Below, in pieces: positions 25,736 to 35,156 of a stretch of 43,788 bases of DNA; positions within the stretch are counted from its first letter, which is position 1, and every line of letters starts with the position of its first letter. The stretch is from a virus: the IMG/VR virus record IMGVR_UViG_3300045988_075868. One strand, 5' to 3'. The notes below the pieces were generated by a model. The model had not been told where the DNA came from. It was given only the letters and a program-made list of their open reading frames with translations, and made no database searches. The position numbers were made by a program, and so were the translations under genes.

Positions 25736-26641
25736 TCAGCGTCTCCTTTTTGGATCATACTTTTTGAAATCTGGCTCACTTTTGAATATAAAACGATTAT
25801 TGCACCACCGCTGTAGCATCCTCACCTCACTCGGGGCGTTTGGCTTGTCGTAAATCATCACATATGGGTCGTACCCCATGTCCCGCAATGTATAGATGCG
25901 GTATAGGTTCTCTTCCATGGTGGTGTCATAGCCGGTCAGGCAGTATACCGTCCCGTATGCCCCATTCACCTTGCGTCTGGCCTTGGCCGAATATAGCCGT
26001 AGTCCCTTCAAAACGGCATCCGTTTCGTGCATATAGTCCCAGGCGAAATGAATGTCTTTTAACCTTATCTGGTTGATCGCCGCAATGTTTTGCTCTGTCA
26101 GCAATCGGCAATCCAATCCCTGGTTGATATCTACCCACGCTTGGCTGTCTGCAAGCTGGCCCAGCAAGCCCATGTGCTGTGGGCAAGCCAATATATTGGG
26201 GTCCATCAACACGATGTTTTTCTGATCCCTCCACCATTCAGATAGATCAGCGACTTTGACCGATCGCCGCCCCTCTTTTCCGGACACAATACAGAAATGA
26301 CATCCTCGAGGACAACCACGGGTAAGAAAGCCATAGGCTGTGTCTTTCGTTAGCTTTGGGTATAAAGAGTAATCAGGATATATGTGCTCGATTTCATCCG
26401 GCAGTTTATTATCCAGCCCATAGCCCGTTCCACCTTTGATGATCTCCGTGGCATTGACCGGCTCCGGGATGTCTGGACTGTATGTATCATCAAACACCTT
26501 GCTCATGTACACTCGGTCATACTGTTCCCAGCCCCACCACCATTCCACGCTATCCCCCTGCGCCTTGTGCCATGCGGAGAGTTTCATGAGGGCCAAATTC
26601 GGGAAGTTGTGCCCATCTACATCAATCAGCCCGATTTTCAA
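25736..26641 (-). CDS. Radical SAM protein (phage type, unknown substrate)
   Basis: CxxxCxxC cluster GCPRGCHFC. TTG start 4 nt after GGGAGGGG. Confidence 0.7.
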   Translation of the reverse strand: MKIGLIDVDGHNFPNLALMKLSAWHKAQGDSVEWWWGWEQYDRVYMSKVFDDTYSPDIPEPVNATEIIKGGTGYGLDNKLPDEIEHIYPDYSLYPKLTKDTAYGFLTRGCPRGCHFCIVSGKEGRRSVKVADLSEWWRDQKNIVLMDPNILACPQHMGLLGQLADSQAWVDINQGLDCRLLTEQNIAAINQIRLKDIHFAWDYMHETDAVLKGLRLYSAKARRKVNGAYGTVYCLTGYDTTMEENLYRIYTLRDMGYDPYVMIYDKPNAPSEVRMLQRWCNNRFIFKSEPDFKKYDPKRRR

Positions 26642-26981
26642 GTAGCCCCTCCCATCTCTTTCTCAGTTCCTCCCACGCCTTCGGGGTCATTGCTCGGCCA
26701 CAGTTTGGGCAAAAGTCACACTTGACCGGATAACATCTTTCACATTTTATGCATTTGAAAATACCGCCCCGGCCTCGCTTATCGGCCCCGATCATTGTCC
26801 ATGTAGATCTCCACACCCGCTCCATCTGCTCCTGCGTGGGTGGGGTAAGGGCAGAGAGGGCAAGGTCAATGGCTTCATGGAGTTTGCTGTATTCATTTTC
26901 CCCCTCAACAGTAGTAACAGGGATGAGCAAATCCCACCATCCACCGTTTTCAAGGACTTCAATCGCTTCTTCCCGCGTCAT
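26622..26981 (-). CDS. Zinc-ribbon hypothetical protein
   Basis: CIKCERC...CDFCPNCG. Start moved to ATG 26981, which makes an ATGA overlap. Confidence 0.5.
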   Translation of the reverse strand: MTREEAIEVLENGGWWDLLIPVTTVEGENEYSKLHEAIDLALSALTPPTQEQMERVWRSTWTMIGADKRGRGGIFKCIKCERCYPVKCDFCPNCGRAMTPKAWEELRKRWEGLLENRAD

Positions 26982-27409
26982 GACTTGGCCTCCTTTCCAT
27001 CCCCAAGCGCCAAGTATCCGCCTTGATAGAGCTGGTACAGCGTACGGCCCTTCCCGTCTGTCAAATAAGGCAAAAACACCTCGTCGATCTGGACTTGCCC
27101 GGCCTCGATAATCGCCATCTGTGCCATAATCCAGTCCCGAACGTTGCGCCAAGCGGTTCGTTCTGCTTGCCCAGGAGCTGCTTTAACTTTTTGCCGGCCA
27201 AATACCACCCGAACCCCATCCACATTGGCCGGCAGGGAGAACCCTCGTGGGCCGTCCGGTGTCTCGATGCCGAACATTATCCCGATTGGCTGGCCTGTGG
27301 TGTCGTAGTCCACCATGATCTTTCTCGCCCCGTGGCTGGCAAGAGCGCCTTGGATTTCCCCCAGGCTTTTATAGACATCAATGGTGGTCGTATAATTCTT
27401 AATCGCCAC
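26978..27409 (-). CDS. Hypothetical protein
   Basis: GTG start 7 nt after GGAGGGG. Confidence 0.55.
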   Translation of the reverse strand: MAIKNYTTTIDVYKSLGEIQGALASHGARKIMVDYDTTGQPIGIMFGIETPDGPRGFSLPANVDGVRVVFGRQKVKAAPGQAERTAWRNVRDWIMAQMAIIEAGQVQIDEVFLPYLTDGKGRTLYQLYQGGYLALGDGKEAKS

Positions 27410-27749
27410 TTTTCATCCCCTCCAGCATCTCCATCTCCTCCGCACTCAGAATCGGCGCACGGGTGTTCCAGGCGAGAAGGGCTTCATTTGCCCCATTACG
27501 CTTAATAACAACCATTCCGTTGCTATCTTGGTATATTTCGCTTTCAAATGTCTTAACTTCGCAGCATCCACTTGGGCATTCAACTGTCCATTTATCTAAA
27601 ATTGCAACCGGATTTGTTCTATACCCGTTTGAAGTCCGGCGTAACTCCCCGGCTCCTCCGCAGAACGGACACGGCAGCAGCGCCCCCGCTTCCGTCAGCC
27701 GTCGAGCCGCCTCTTTTGAGCCGAGCATCGCTAATTTAATGTCATCCAT
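27399..27749 (-). CDS. Lar-family restriction-alleviation-like protein
   Basis: LLPCPFCGG...ECPSGCC zinc ribbon and ALLAWNTRAP motif. Confidence 0.55.
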   Translation of the reverse strand: MDDIKLAMLGSKEAARRLTEAGALLPCPFCGGAGELRRTSNGYRTNPVAILDKWTVECPSGCCEVKTFESEIYQDSNGMVVIKRNGANEALLAWNTRAPILSAEEMEMLEGMKSGD

Positions 27750-28674
27750 GTATAATCCCCTTCTCTATGTCCGCTATGGCCTGAAACACCGGATAAAACT
27801 GCTGGGGAACTACTGCGTTTCCAAGGCATTTAAGTCTGTCCACCCGAGAGGGAACCCCATAAGCCACTCTACAAATGTCGGGTTCAATTGGCCACCAGCC
27901 ACCACGTCCAGGCTTGGCCCTCCGTCTCTGTGCCTCTCTCCATTCCCTCTGCTGTTCTGCGCTTTCGGCGTGGGCCACATCTTCACCATCCCGCTCAAAT
28001 TTGGCTCGCCCCTGCTGTTGTGATAAAACTTCCGGTTCGCCGAATCTGACGCAATCGGAGTTTTCCAAAGAATAGGTTCTCCGTCCTCTCCCGTTATGTT
28101 TTCTTTCCAGCGCTCTACACCCGATAATCGCGCATCTGTCCCTCCTGTGCGGGGCGTCGACGGAACAAGCCGGAATAATAAACGCTTGGACGGAGTAACC
28201 TTCGTTTTCCAGGTCAGCGTACACCTGGTCGAGTGCCATATTGACGATCCCAGCAACATTCTCGCCAACGACCCAAGCGGGCCGGAGTTCCGATATAACT
28301 CTAAGCATTTCAGGCCAGAGGTAACGGTCATCGTCACTGCCTCTTCGCTTCCCGGCAACGGAGAAGGGCTGGCACGGAAATCCTCCTGAAACAATGTCAG
28401 CTGTTCGCAGTCCTGTTTTTTCATAAAAGCTCTCCTTTGTCAGCGTCCTGATGTCCCTCCAGCGTGGCACATCTGGCCAGTGTTTTTCCAGCACCTTTGT
28501 CGGATAGTCCGCCCACTCACATTGTCCAACGGTTTTAAATCCAGCCATTTCCGCCGCAAGATCCAAGCCTCCAATGCCGGAAAACAGGGATAGATGGGTT
28601 AGCTTCGCCGCCTCTTTGTCGCCCAGCAGGGCACGCTTAATATCGTCCATATGGTTCGTAATGTATGTATTCAT
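27742..28674 (-). CDS. DNA (cytosine-5)-methyltransferase
   Basis: Motif I SLFSGIGGLD, motif IV GGFPCQPFS, motif VI VGENVAG, motif X GNAVVPQ. Confidence 0.9.
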   Translation of the reverse strand: MNTYITNHMDDIKRALLGDKEAAKLTHLSLFSGIGGLDLAAEMAGFKTVGQCEWADYPTKVLEKHWPDVPRWRDIRTLTKESFYEKTGLRTADIVSGGFPCQPFSVAGKRRGSDDDRYLWPEMLRVISELRPAWVVGENVAGIVNMALDQVYADLENEGYSVQAFIIPACSVDAPHRRDRCAIIGCRALERKHNGRGRRTYSLENSDCVRFGEPEVLSQQQGRAKFERDGEDVAHAESAEQQREWREAQRRRAKPGRGGWWPIEPDICRVAYGVPSRVDRLKCLGNAVVPQQFYPVFQAIADIEKGIIHG

Positions 28675-28677
28675 TCA

Positions 28678-29010
28678 TCACAACCTCCCATCCAGCGCCG
28701 CACTCAACCTGTCGGCGTTCTCCAATGTGCGGTTTTTTCGGTAGGCGTTTTGGGCGGCTTCAACTGCTTTTCTTAAATCGCTGTTCCAACGGTACATAAT
28801 ATCTTCATACGATTTCAAATTCCGTTCTACTGTGTACTTTCTCATCAGGTGCTTTTTTTCAATTTGTCCTTGTTCCTGCGTAATCGCCTTTTGAAAAAAT
28901 CTAAAATATAATGCTGCCAAACCCTGATACATTACTGCATCAATAAAATCCAAACTATCCGACATCGGCTCTCCACGCATGGCCGCTCTTTCAAAAGGAA
29001 GTTCTGTCAT
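28678..29010 (-). CDS. Hypothetical protein
   Basis: Start moved to ATG 29010, which makes an ATGA overlap with the primase-helicase stop. Confidence 0.5.
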   Translation of the reverse strand: MTELPFERAAMRGEPMSDSLDFIDAVMYQGLAALYFRFFQKAITQEQGQIEKKHLMRKYTVERNLKSYEDIMYRWNSDLRKAVEAAQNAYRKNRTLENADRLSAALDGRL

Positions 29011-30782
29011 AGTGGCAATTCCTCCTCCACTGGCTGAAAATAATCCTCCCACCCGTAATGCCTTGGATAAAGTCCATAAGGAAAAATTCTTTTTGTCCTC
29101 TCGCTGTAACACAGTTTTATGGCTTTGTCCTTCGTGGCATATTTTCCAAACAGACGGTTTTTTGTAATTGACAGCTTGCTATCACATGTATCGTCATTTT
29201 CTATTCGCTCATAGGACATGACTACGTCGGCCTTGTTAGTGATGTCTGCGGAACCGGCCACATCATCGTTGTCAAACTCCAATTTGCTTTTTCTGGGATG
29301 AGCGACCAGAATAACAACTACATCATATTTGACAGCGATCTTTTTAAGCTGACCCACAAAATTGCTCTGTGCCAAATAAAGCTGATCGTTTTCCTGAACT
29401 GTTTCCATAGCTGTCATCAAATTGTCGATGCAGACTAGCCGAACTCCGTATTGCTTAATGACTTTTTCAATGGTTTCTGGAAGGCTTTCAAATTCCGCGC
29501 CATCCTCCGGAAGCCAGTTATTGTCGTATATATAAGCGCGGCCCTTATACCAATCACTGATCTGTCGAATTACGCCGTCCCCGATGGTATATTCATAGTC
29601 CCCATAGATATTTTGAATGGCCTTTATGTAATCCGTTCCGGCTAGCTGAAAATCGATCCATCGTTTAAAGTGATAATCAGCCAATTCACCAGAGTAAATA
29701 AATACATTCTCTCGTTGATCCAGTGCCTCACAGACCAGTTGGCTCATAAATGTGGACTTTCCATGTCCCCGCTTTCCGGTTAGCAAAATCACTTGTCCCA
29801 TAACCAATCCGCCAATCAGACGGTCTATATCCGGGATATTGGTTTTGATTTTCGGCAGGGCGTTGATGTCCACCGACTGTACCAAAGCCAGGTCTTTAAC
29901 ATTTTCCATCTGGGGTATCTCCGCGTTTTCGATTGCCGTCCTGATTGCCTGTTTCCCATATTTCAGAAGAATATCATTCGCGTCCTTTTCCCCCAGATAG
30001 TCCTTTTTACGAACCACCTTTACCGTCTGTGGGAGGCGGGCCCGTAAAGTGTCAGCCAGCGTGATCTTTCCATGCTCGTTATCGCCAAATACCACAACAT
30101 CATGAAACTTTGTAATCCAGTCCCAGCAATTTGCAAGCCATGTAAAGCCTGTTGCCCCCGTTGGAACAGAAACCGCATTGTTAAAGCCGCATTCCGCTAC
30201 TGATAGGCTGTCTATCTGCCCTTCCGTAATAATCAGGCGGTCAAAGTCCTTGCACTGCTTTATTCCAAATAAGATTGGCATAGTTTCCGCCTCAGACCAT
30301 TCTTTGTTTTTGTCAATGCCTTTGCGGAACTTCATGTTGCGGTATTTGACAAATTGGAGTGTACCAGTCTCATCGTAAAAGGGGAAAACCAAAATGTCCT
30401 TGTTATCTGTCCGAGTGGTCAGTTCATACTTTCGGCAAATTTCGGAGCTAATTCCCCGTTTTGCCATGTACTCGATTGCTCCATTCCGAACTACTACCGG
30501 CTTCTGTGGCAGTTTTCGGTAAACTCGCTTTTCACCGAAACCCAAGTCATAATCAAAATCTCTTGCCAGCTCTACAAAATGTCCATGGTAATCGCAGCTC
30601 GCTCGGAAGCACTTGAACAGACCGCTTTTAAGATTCACGGAAAATGTATTCTTGTCCCGATTTCCGCCTCCCCGACACTGGGGGCAATACTTGAAAAACA
30701 GCTCGTCCCCTTTTTCATGGATATCGGCCCCGATGGCCCTGGCCAATCCATAAGCATCTTCAGTCTTGAACTCATAGCTCAT
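29007..30782 (-). CDS. Bifunctional primase-helicase (zinc finger, Toprim and DnaB-like ATPase; T7 gp4/Twinkle-like)
   Basis: CPQCRGGG zinc finger, Toprim ITEGQIDSLS...GDNEHGK, Walker A LTGKRGHGKST. Start moved to ATG 30782, which makes an ATGA overlap. Confidence 0.85.
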   Translation of the reverse strand: MSYEFKTEDAYGLARAIGADIHEKGDELFFKYCPQCRGGGNRDKNTFSVNLKSGLFKCFRASCDYHGHFVELARDFDYDLGFGEKRVYRKLPQKPVVVRNGAIEYMAKRGISSEICRKYELTTRTDNKDILVFPFYDETGTLQFVKYRNMKFRKGIDKNKEWSEAETMPILFGIKQCKDFDRLIITEGQIDSLSVAECGFNNAVSVPTGATGFTWLANCWDWITKFHDVVVFGDNEHGKITLADTLRARLPQTVKVVRKKDYLGEKDANDILLKYGKQAIRTAIENAEIPQMENVKDLALVQSVDINALPKIKTNIPDIDRLIGGLVMGQVILLTGKRGHGKSTFMSQLVCEALDQRENVFIYSGELADYHFKRWIDFQLAGTDYIKAIQNIYGDYEYTIGDGVIRQISDWYKGRAYIYDNNWLPEDGAEFESLPETIEKVIKQYGVRLVCIDNLMTAMETVQENDQLYLAQSNFVGQLKKIAVKYDVVVILVAHPRKSKLEFDNDDVAGSADITNKADVVMSYERIENDDTCDSKLSITKNRLFGKYATKDKAIKLCYSERTKRIFPYGLYPRHYGWEDYFQPVEEELPL

Positions 30783-31390
30783 TGGTACATCCCCTTTACG
30801 AACAGGCCAAGGTCCTTCCCCATAGCTTCTGCGTCTCGTCTCCACCTGGATGGGAATCTGTACAACCTCCCATCAATCACAATGGAGTCATCACCCGTCC
30901 CCTCGGCGGGGAGCCCGCCGTCCTCAGACGGCGCGGCGACGCCGCAGCTATCTTCTTTTCTTCTATTCCTTCTTATTCCTTCTTTATTATGTCCGTCCGT
31001 TGTCCGTGAGTTGTCCGATTTTCGTTCACGGCGTTGTTTCGTTTGTTGCCCTCTGCCCTGGTAAACCTCCCAATTTTCAATGGTTATCGTTGTTCCATTC
31101 GTTGTATCACTCTTTGTTTCAACCATTGTTTCATTTTCGAGGGATTTTAAAAATCTACTAACCTTGTTCCGGCTCCATTTCCATCGCTTGGACAATTCTA
31201 AGATGCTCTTATAGACAGTTCCAGGCTGGAACTCCATAAATTTCCCATTTTTGAAAATTGTATTCTCCGTCCCTTGGGCCATAAGAAGCAGGTCAACCCA
31301 AGCTTGTCCTTTGGTAAATGGTTCCGAAACCCATAAGGGGTCATCCGCAAATTTTCTCCAGAGTTTGATCCACCCTGCTTTTTCGTCCAT
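30779..31390 (-). CDS. Putative replication initiator / replisome organiser (winged-helix N-terminal domain)
   Basis: N-terminus WIKLWRKFADDPLW...KGQAWVDLLLMA. Located directly upstream of the primase-helicase. Confidence 0.5.
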   Translation of the reverse strand: MDEKAGWIKLWRKFADDPLWVSEPFTKGQAWVDLLLMAQGTENTIFKNGKFMEFQPGTVYKSILELSKRWKWSRNKVSRFLKSLENETMVETKSDTTNGTTITIENWEVYQGRGQQTKQRRERKSDNSRTTDGHNKEGIRRNRRKEDSCGVAAPSEDGGLPAEGTGDDSIVIDGRLYRFPSRWRRDAEAMGKDLGLFVKGMYQ

Positions 31391-31393
31391 AGC

Positions 31394-31582
31394 TTACTCC
31401 CATGTTGAGGCGATTCTGGCATATATCTGCTCATATCCGTTTCTGAAATAAACATCCATGAGACAGGTCAGCTCATCCATCGTCAAGTCGTACAGGGTCA
31501 TAGGCCTTCCATTGGTCATAACCTTAAAGTCATAGCGGCACGGAAGGTGGTCGGTCTTAATTCTCCGCTTTTCATTCTTCAT
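31394..31582 (-). CDS. Hypothetical small protein
   Basis: Start placed at ATG 31582 (MKNEKRR...). No motif recognised. Confidence 0.4.
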   Translation of the reverse strand: MKNEKRRIKTDHLPCRYDFKVMTNGRPMTLYDLTMDELTCLMDVYFRNGYEQIYARIASTWE

Positions 31583-31748
31583 CCTTTTCAGCCTCCGATA
31601 CAATCACCTGGTAACCATCATGGATTTCTCTGCTGGTGTCCAATTCTAAGTTGTCGGTTATGTAAGTTTTGGAAAGTTCCGCCGGTTCCTGTCCATTGAA
31701 AAAGTCCTGGGGATTATGGGTGCAGGTGATTCTAAATTTCTTCTTCAT
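31572..31748 (-). CDS. Hypothetical small protein (58 aa, MKKKFRITCTHNPQDFF...)
   Basis: Fills the gap between flanking genes and overlaps both. It is too short for the ORF track. Confidence 0.35.
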   Translation of the reverse strand: MKKKFRITCTHNPQDFFNGQEPAELSKTYITDNLELDTSREIHDGYQVIVSEAEKDEE

Positions 31749-32247
31749 CCGGCATTTCCTCCAATCGCTCCTTTAGCTCCCTGTACAGTACATCATGGAT
31801 GACCCGTCCGCTGTTCTCCTCTTTGCAAAACAGGATTTGGCAGTTATAGCGGGCCAGCCAAGCCAGCATAGAGGCCGTTAGTGATGCCGGGTGAACTCTT
31901 GCCCTATAATGGCCGCTGTAAGCCTCGTCAAGACTCCCATTCTCCACCAGGAGGTATAACTTTGCCCCCGCCTCTTTAGCCCGCTTAAACTCCCTGACAA
32001 AGCGTTTCCGGTCTTGACAATAGCAGTGAGCCAGTTCGGTCAAATCCATCTTACGCTCAATAGCTACCTGGTCCCTTAAGTCCAATGTGTCACACTTAAC
32101 GGAGTAATCCCCGAAAGAGAGGGCTACTCTCTCAATCGGGGCTCCGATCTGCTCCATACGTTTTTTGGCCCGTGGTGTGTCCTGTTCTCTAGTGTCCCAT
32201 AAAACGGACATTGTAGATAGGGCGCGCTTGACCGAAAAATGATCCAT
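31732..32247 (-). CDS. ERCC4/XPF-type nuclease (structure-specific, resolvase-like)
   Basis: DTREQ, GDY and ERK motifs appear in the canonical order. Confidence 0.6.
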   Translation of the reverse strand: MDHFSVKRALSTMSVLWDTREQDTPRAKKRMEQIGAPIERVALSFGDYSVKCDTLDLRDQVAIERKMDLTELAHCYCQDRKRFVREFKRAKEAGAKLYLLVENGSLDEAYSGHYRARVHPASLTASMLAWLARYNCQILFCKEENSGRVIHDVLYRELKERLEEMPDEEEI

Positions 32248-32813
32248 CAGAAGGGCAGCTCCCCACTGTCTTCATTGATTTGGGCAAAGCTGTTTTCTGC
32301 GGCACTGGTGACTTTTAACGGCTTGTCCTTTGGCTGTCGATACTTTCCCTGCCGAATATCGTCTACATCAGTCAGAGCGCAACACTCCGTGGTCCAACCA
32401 GTATTTCCGTTCATTTCCCACTCCCGATTGCGGAACAAAACGCCAACAAGTTTTCCTTTCAGCTTCGTTTCATCCCAGTCCCAGTGGTAGCCAGGGTTGC
32501 TGGCCTCGATGGACCAGACAGCATTTCCAAAAGCGCGCTTAGTCCATCCGTCCTTTTCGCTCCCGTCATCTTTTGGCTCAGAAAGGCGGTAAGTTCCTCT
32601 CCATTTCTTGTCCTCTCGATCCTGCTCTTTATAATCCTTTGCAAAAAAGTCTTTGTACTGGCCCTCCAGAATATCAAAGGAGATCAGAAGTACATTCCCC
32701 CAGTCGTAGGAAACCTCCTCGGCATTTAGAATTTTGGCGACATAGCCACCAGCAGGAAGGAGCTCTCTGGCCCCAGCAGACTTCTTGGCTTCAAATCCGC
32801 TAAACTGTTTCAT
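32247..32813 (-). CDS. DUF669-type single-stranded DNA-binding protein
   Basis: Acidic C-terminal tip DSGELPF resembles SSB tails. Located next to the AAA_24 ATPase. Confidence 0.6.
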   Translation of the reverse strand: MKQFSGFEAKKSAGARELLPAGGYVAKILNAEEVSYDWGNVLLISFDILEGQYKDFFAKDYKEQDREDKKWRGTYRLSEPKDDGSEKDGWTKRAFGNAVWSIEASNPGYHWDWDETKLKGKLVGVLFRNREWEMNGNTGWTTECCALTDVDDIRQGKYRQPKDKPLKVTSAAENSFAQINEDSGELPF

Positions 32814-32817
32814 TACT

Positions 32818-33027
32818 CTATTCCTCCGTATTTTCGATAATATTTAAAGGGCACCAATACCCTCTATAACGAGTGTCTACGATGTATTCAGCCGTCCTTC
32901 GGCACTGTTTTCTTGCGTATGTTTCTAATAATGGGCAAAATTCACAGCATACACGGTCATCGGGGAAAAACAGGTCTACGGTTGCTTTGGTATAGCTGGT
33001 TACCCCTTCGTCCTTTGCCTTACCCAT
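32818..33027 (-). CDS. Small Cys-rich hypothetical protein
   Basis: CCEFCP...QCRR...YWCP. Overlaps the stop of the upstream gene. Confidence 0.5.
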   Translation of the reverse strand: MGKAKDEGVTSYTKATVDLFFPDDRVCCEFCPLLETYARKQCRRTAEYIVDTRYRGYWCPLNIIENTEE

Positions 33028-33671
33028 CAGAAGTCCTCCAATGCCTTTAGAACAAATCCCATGTCATTATCGATCTCAAAGGATTTAAAGGCTCCCATGG
33101 GGCTTTTTGCTGTGCTGTTTTTTGCCTGCGTCTCGAATATATAGCGGTCATCATCGGTCTTCTTGGCCAGTAGAACAGTCCCAAACAGACTTTCTGGAAC
33201 CAGCTTTTCCAGTTTTCTGCCATTCGTTTTAATTCTTGTAAAGCTGTATCCAAAATCATCCCGGATCGTCTCACTATGCATGACAAAAATGATGGTCAGA
33301 TTGTCCCGCTGCCGGCCGGCTATCTCGATCAAGTCCCACACAAACTGTGTCAAGTCTATCCATTTGCCAAAGCCCGTTTCTTTCATACTTTTTACTTCTT
33401 TGTCCACCATACAGGTGTTCAACGTGTCGATGACAATGGTTTTCGTCTCTGGTTTTTTCTGGCTGATATTGACAACTAGGCCAGCGATTTTCTGAATGTC
33501 TCTGGTATATGCAAAATTCCTATTGGCTTCATTGTATTGGCTCCGCCAGTCTTTCCAGGCCAGTCCTTTTCCGTCGCAGTCAATATAATAGGTGCTTTTA
33601 GGGTCCAGATTCCGCATAGCCGTTGTTTTCCCAGACCCGGATTCACCCATTACACAAATTAAGCGGCTCAT
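33027..33671 (-). CDS. AAA_24 / Sak4-like recombination ATPase
   Basis: Walker A GESGSGKT and Walker B-like TIVIDTL, with typical size and context. Confidence 0.75.
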   Translation of the reverse strand: MSRLICVMGESGSGKTTAMRNLDPKSTYYIDCDGKGLAWKDWRSQYNEANRNFAYTRDIQKIAGLVVNISQKKPETKTIVIDTLNTCMVDKEVKSMKETGFGKWIDLTQFVWDLIEIAGRQRDNLTIIFVMHSETIRDDFGYSFTRIKTNGRKLEKLVPESLFGTVLLAKKTDDDRYIFETQAKNSTAKSPMGAFKSFEIDNDMGFVLKALEDF

Positions 33672-33844
33672 ATTCCTACCTCCGGCGGAAGATTCGCCAC
33701 TGGTACCCCGTCAGATCCCATAATTAAAAAGCCAGATCGCCCATCCTTCAGCCTGACACGAACTGTCCCGTTTATAGCTTGAACCTCTTCCAGTGGACCT
33801 ATGTTTTCAGTTGCCCATGTAAGCAGTTTTGTTGTAGTTTCCAT
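33668..33844 (-). CDS. Hypothetical small protein (58 aa)
   Basis: ATG is preceded by GGAGTTGGTTAT. ATGA overlap with the ATPase gene. It is too short for the ORF track. Confidence 0.45.
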   Translation of the reverse strand: METTTKLLTWATENIGPLEEVQAINGTVRVRLKDGRSGFLIMGSDGVPVANLPPEVGI

Positions 33845-33863
33845 ATAACCAACTCCATATCCC

Positions 33864-34091
33864 TCAATTCAGCCAGTCTTGATAAGTCGTGGCTCCGTAA
33901 CCCGTGGCATATTCTGAAAATTCCCGAATGATGCCAGGATAGCCGTCCAGAAGCCACTTGATGATCTCAAGTGCATATTCTGTTGCGTATTCCTTTAGTT
34001 CTGCCATTGTGTCCTTGTTCTCGCATTCAATCCAGGATGGATAACCTGTCCGCTGAATCGCCGTAATGTCTGGATGCTCTGGAATATTCAT
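33864..34091 (-). CDS. Hypothetical protein (75 aa)
   Basis: Start moved to ATG 34091, which makes an ATGA overlap. Confidence 0.5.
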   Translation of the reverse strand: MNIPEHPDITAIQRTGYPSWIECENKDTMAELKEYATEYALEIIKWLLDGYPGIIREFSEYATGYGATTYQDWLN

Positions 34092-34213
34092 AGCCCCGCC
34101 ACCTGTATCCCTACGGCGGCACCCAGCCAGAACACCAGGCATCCAAAGAGGATCACCATGCCGGTCCAAAACCGCTCTTGCCGCCGCTGACGGCGCTCAT
34201 TTCGTGTCCTCAC
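34088..34213 (-). CDS. Small membrane protein (41 aa, Arg-rich N-terminus and one TM helix)
   Basis: GTG start 8 nt after AGGAGG. Its start overlaps (GTGA) the stop of a further 25-aa hydrophobic peptide, MGAYACIIVAMVLIIWDIWDRRRKK (34210..34287). Confidence 0.4.
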   Translation of the reverse strand: MRTRNERRQRRQERFWTGMVILFGCLVFWLGAAVGIQVAGL

Positions 34214-34382
34214 TTCTTCCGCCTCCTGTCCCATATATCCCAAATGATTAGAACCATCGCCACAATGATACAGGCGTATGCGCCCATAAACAGAAAGGTA
34301 TTCAAGGCTTGTCCTCCTCTCCCTTGCTTCCAAATAACCGCAGCCTCAACCTACCTCAAAGGACTCTAATAGCTCAAAAGAT

Positions 34383-34685
34383 TCAGATATTTTTGTCCTT
34401 CCCTTCTATCGCCGCAGCCACATCCTCCGGTGTGATACCGTGGTATTCCACACCCCACATTTCACAAAGTTGCCGGTCGTTTAAAAACTTGGGGATATAA
34501 AATAGTCCCTCTTCAAAGGTACAGGTCCTTGGTATCCTGACTCGGCGATATGTAGTTGACCGGGCCTTCGGCGCCCGCTTTGCCAAGTCGTCAATCGTTT
34601 CCGCCCTGCGCTCCAGGCCGTAGAATACTGCGGCTCTGAACACCCGCTCCATCCGTTGGACCGGGGTTTCTTTCAATTTCGGCAT
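34383..34685 (-). CDS. Hypothetical protein
   Basis: GAGGAGGGG lies 5 nt upstream of the ATG. Confidence 0.6.
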   Translation of the reverse strand: MPKLKETPVQRMERVFRAAVFYGLERRAETIDDLAKRAPKARSTTYRRVRIPRTCTFEEGLFYIPKFLNDRQLCEMWGVEYHGITPEDVAAAIEGKDKNI

Positions 34686-34714
34686 AAAGGCCCCTCCTCT
34701 CTATCTCGGAAATC

Positions 34715-34945
34715 TCAAAACTCTGTTTGTTCTAGCAGGATGGGACGAGCTGGAACAATGGTAGAAATGGCGTGCTTGTAGATGATCTGCTGTTTTCCAT
34801 CACTGTCCAGGACTACGGTGAAGGCATCGAAGGCAGAAACGGTTCCCTGCATCTGGTAGCCATTCATCAAAAACACGGTGACGGGTTGCCGCTCCCGGCG
34901 GAGCTTGGTCAGCAAAATTTCCTGCAAGTTGTTTTTCTCTCTCAT
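34715..34945 (-). CDS. hfq: RNA chaperone Hfq
   Basis: Sm1 motif [25 protein letters not shown] and Sm2 motif [12 protein letters not shown]. Start moved to ATG 34945 (76 aa). The upstream part of the track ORF is implausible. Confidence 0.9.
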   Translation of the reverse strand: MREKNNLQEILLTKLRRERQPVTVFLMNGYQMQGTVSAFDAFTVVLDSDGKQQIIYKHAISTIVPARPILLEQTEF

Positions 34946-35127
34946 AGCAATCGTCCTTTCAAAGATGGATGTAAAAATCGAATAGCTTCCCGACGGTTTC
35001 GGCCTCCTCCGCCCGCCGTTCTGCAAGCTGTCGGGGCTTATTCCCTGGCAGGCCTCACTCCCGCCCTCACGGGCGGTTTTCTTATGCTCCTTGGTCGTCG
35101 GTGATGCGCTGGTCGGGGTGCTTTTTA

Positions 35128-35156
35128 TTGCCCCTCCCGCTGGAATATGGTAGTAT
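35128..35156 (+). promoter_or_regulatory. Promoter (TTGCCC-17-TAGTAT with TGg extension)
   Basis: Located upstream of the 35183 gene. It is preceded by the plus-strand hairpin CCGCCC-TCAC-GGGCGG-TTTT at about 35058-35082. Confidence 0.45.

Noticed and set aside
27810-28424. 204-aa minus-strand ORF
   Set aside because: It is an alternative frame wholly inside the methyltransferase gene, whose own frame carries all the canonical C5-MTase motifs.
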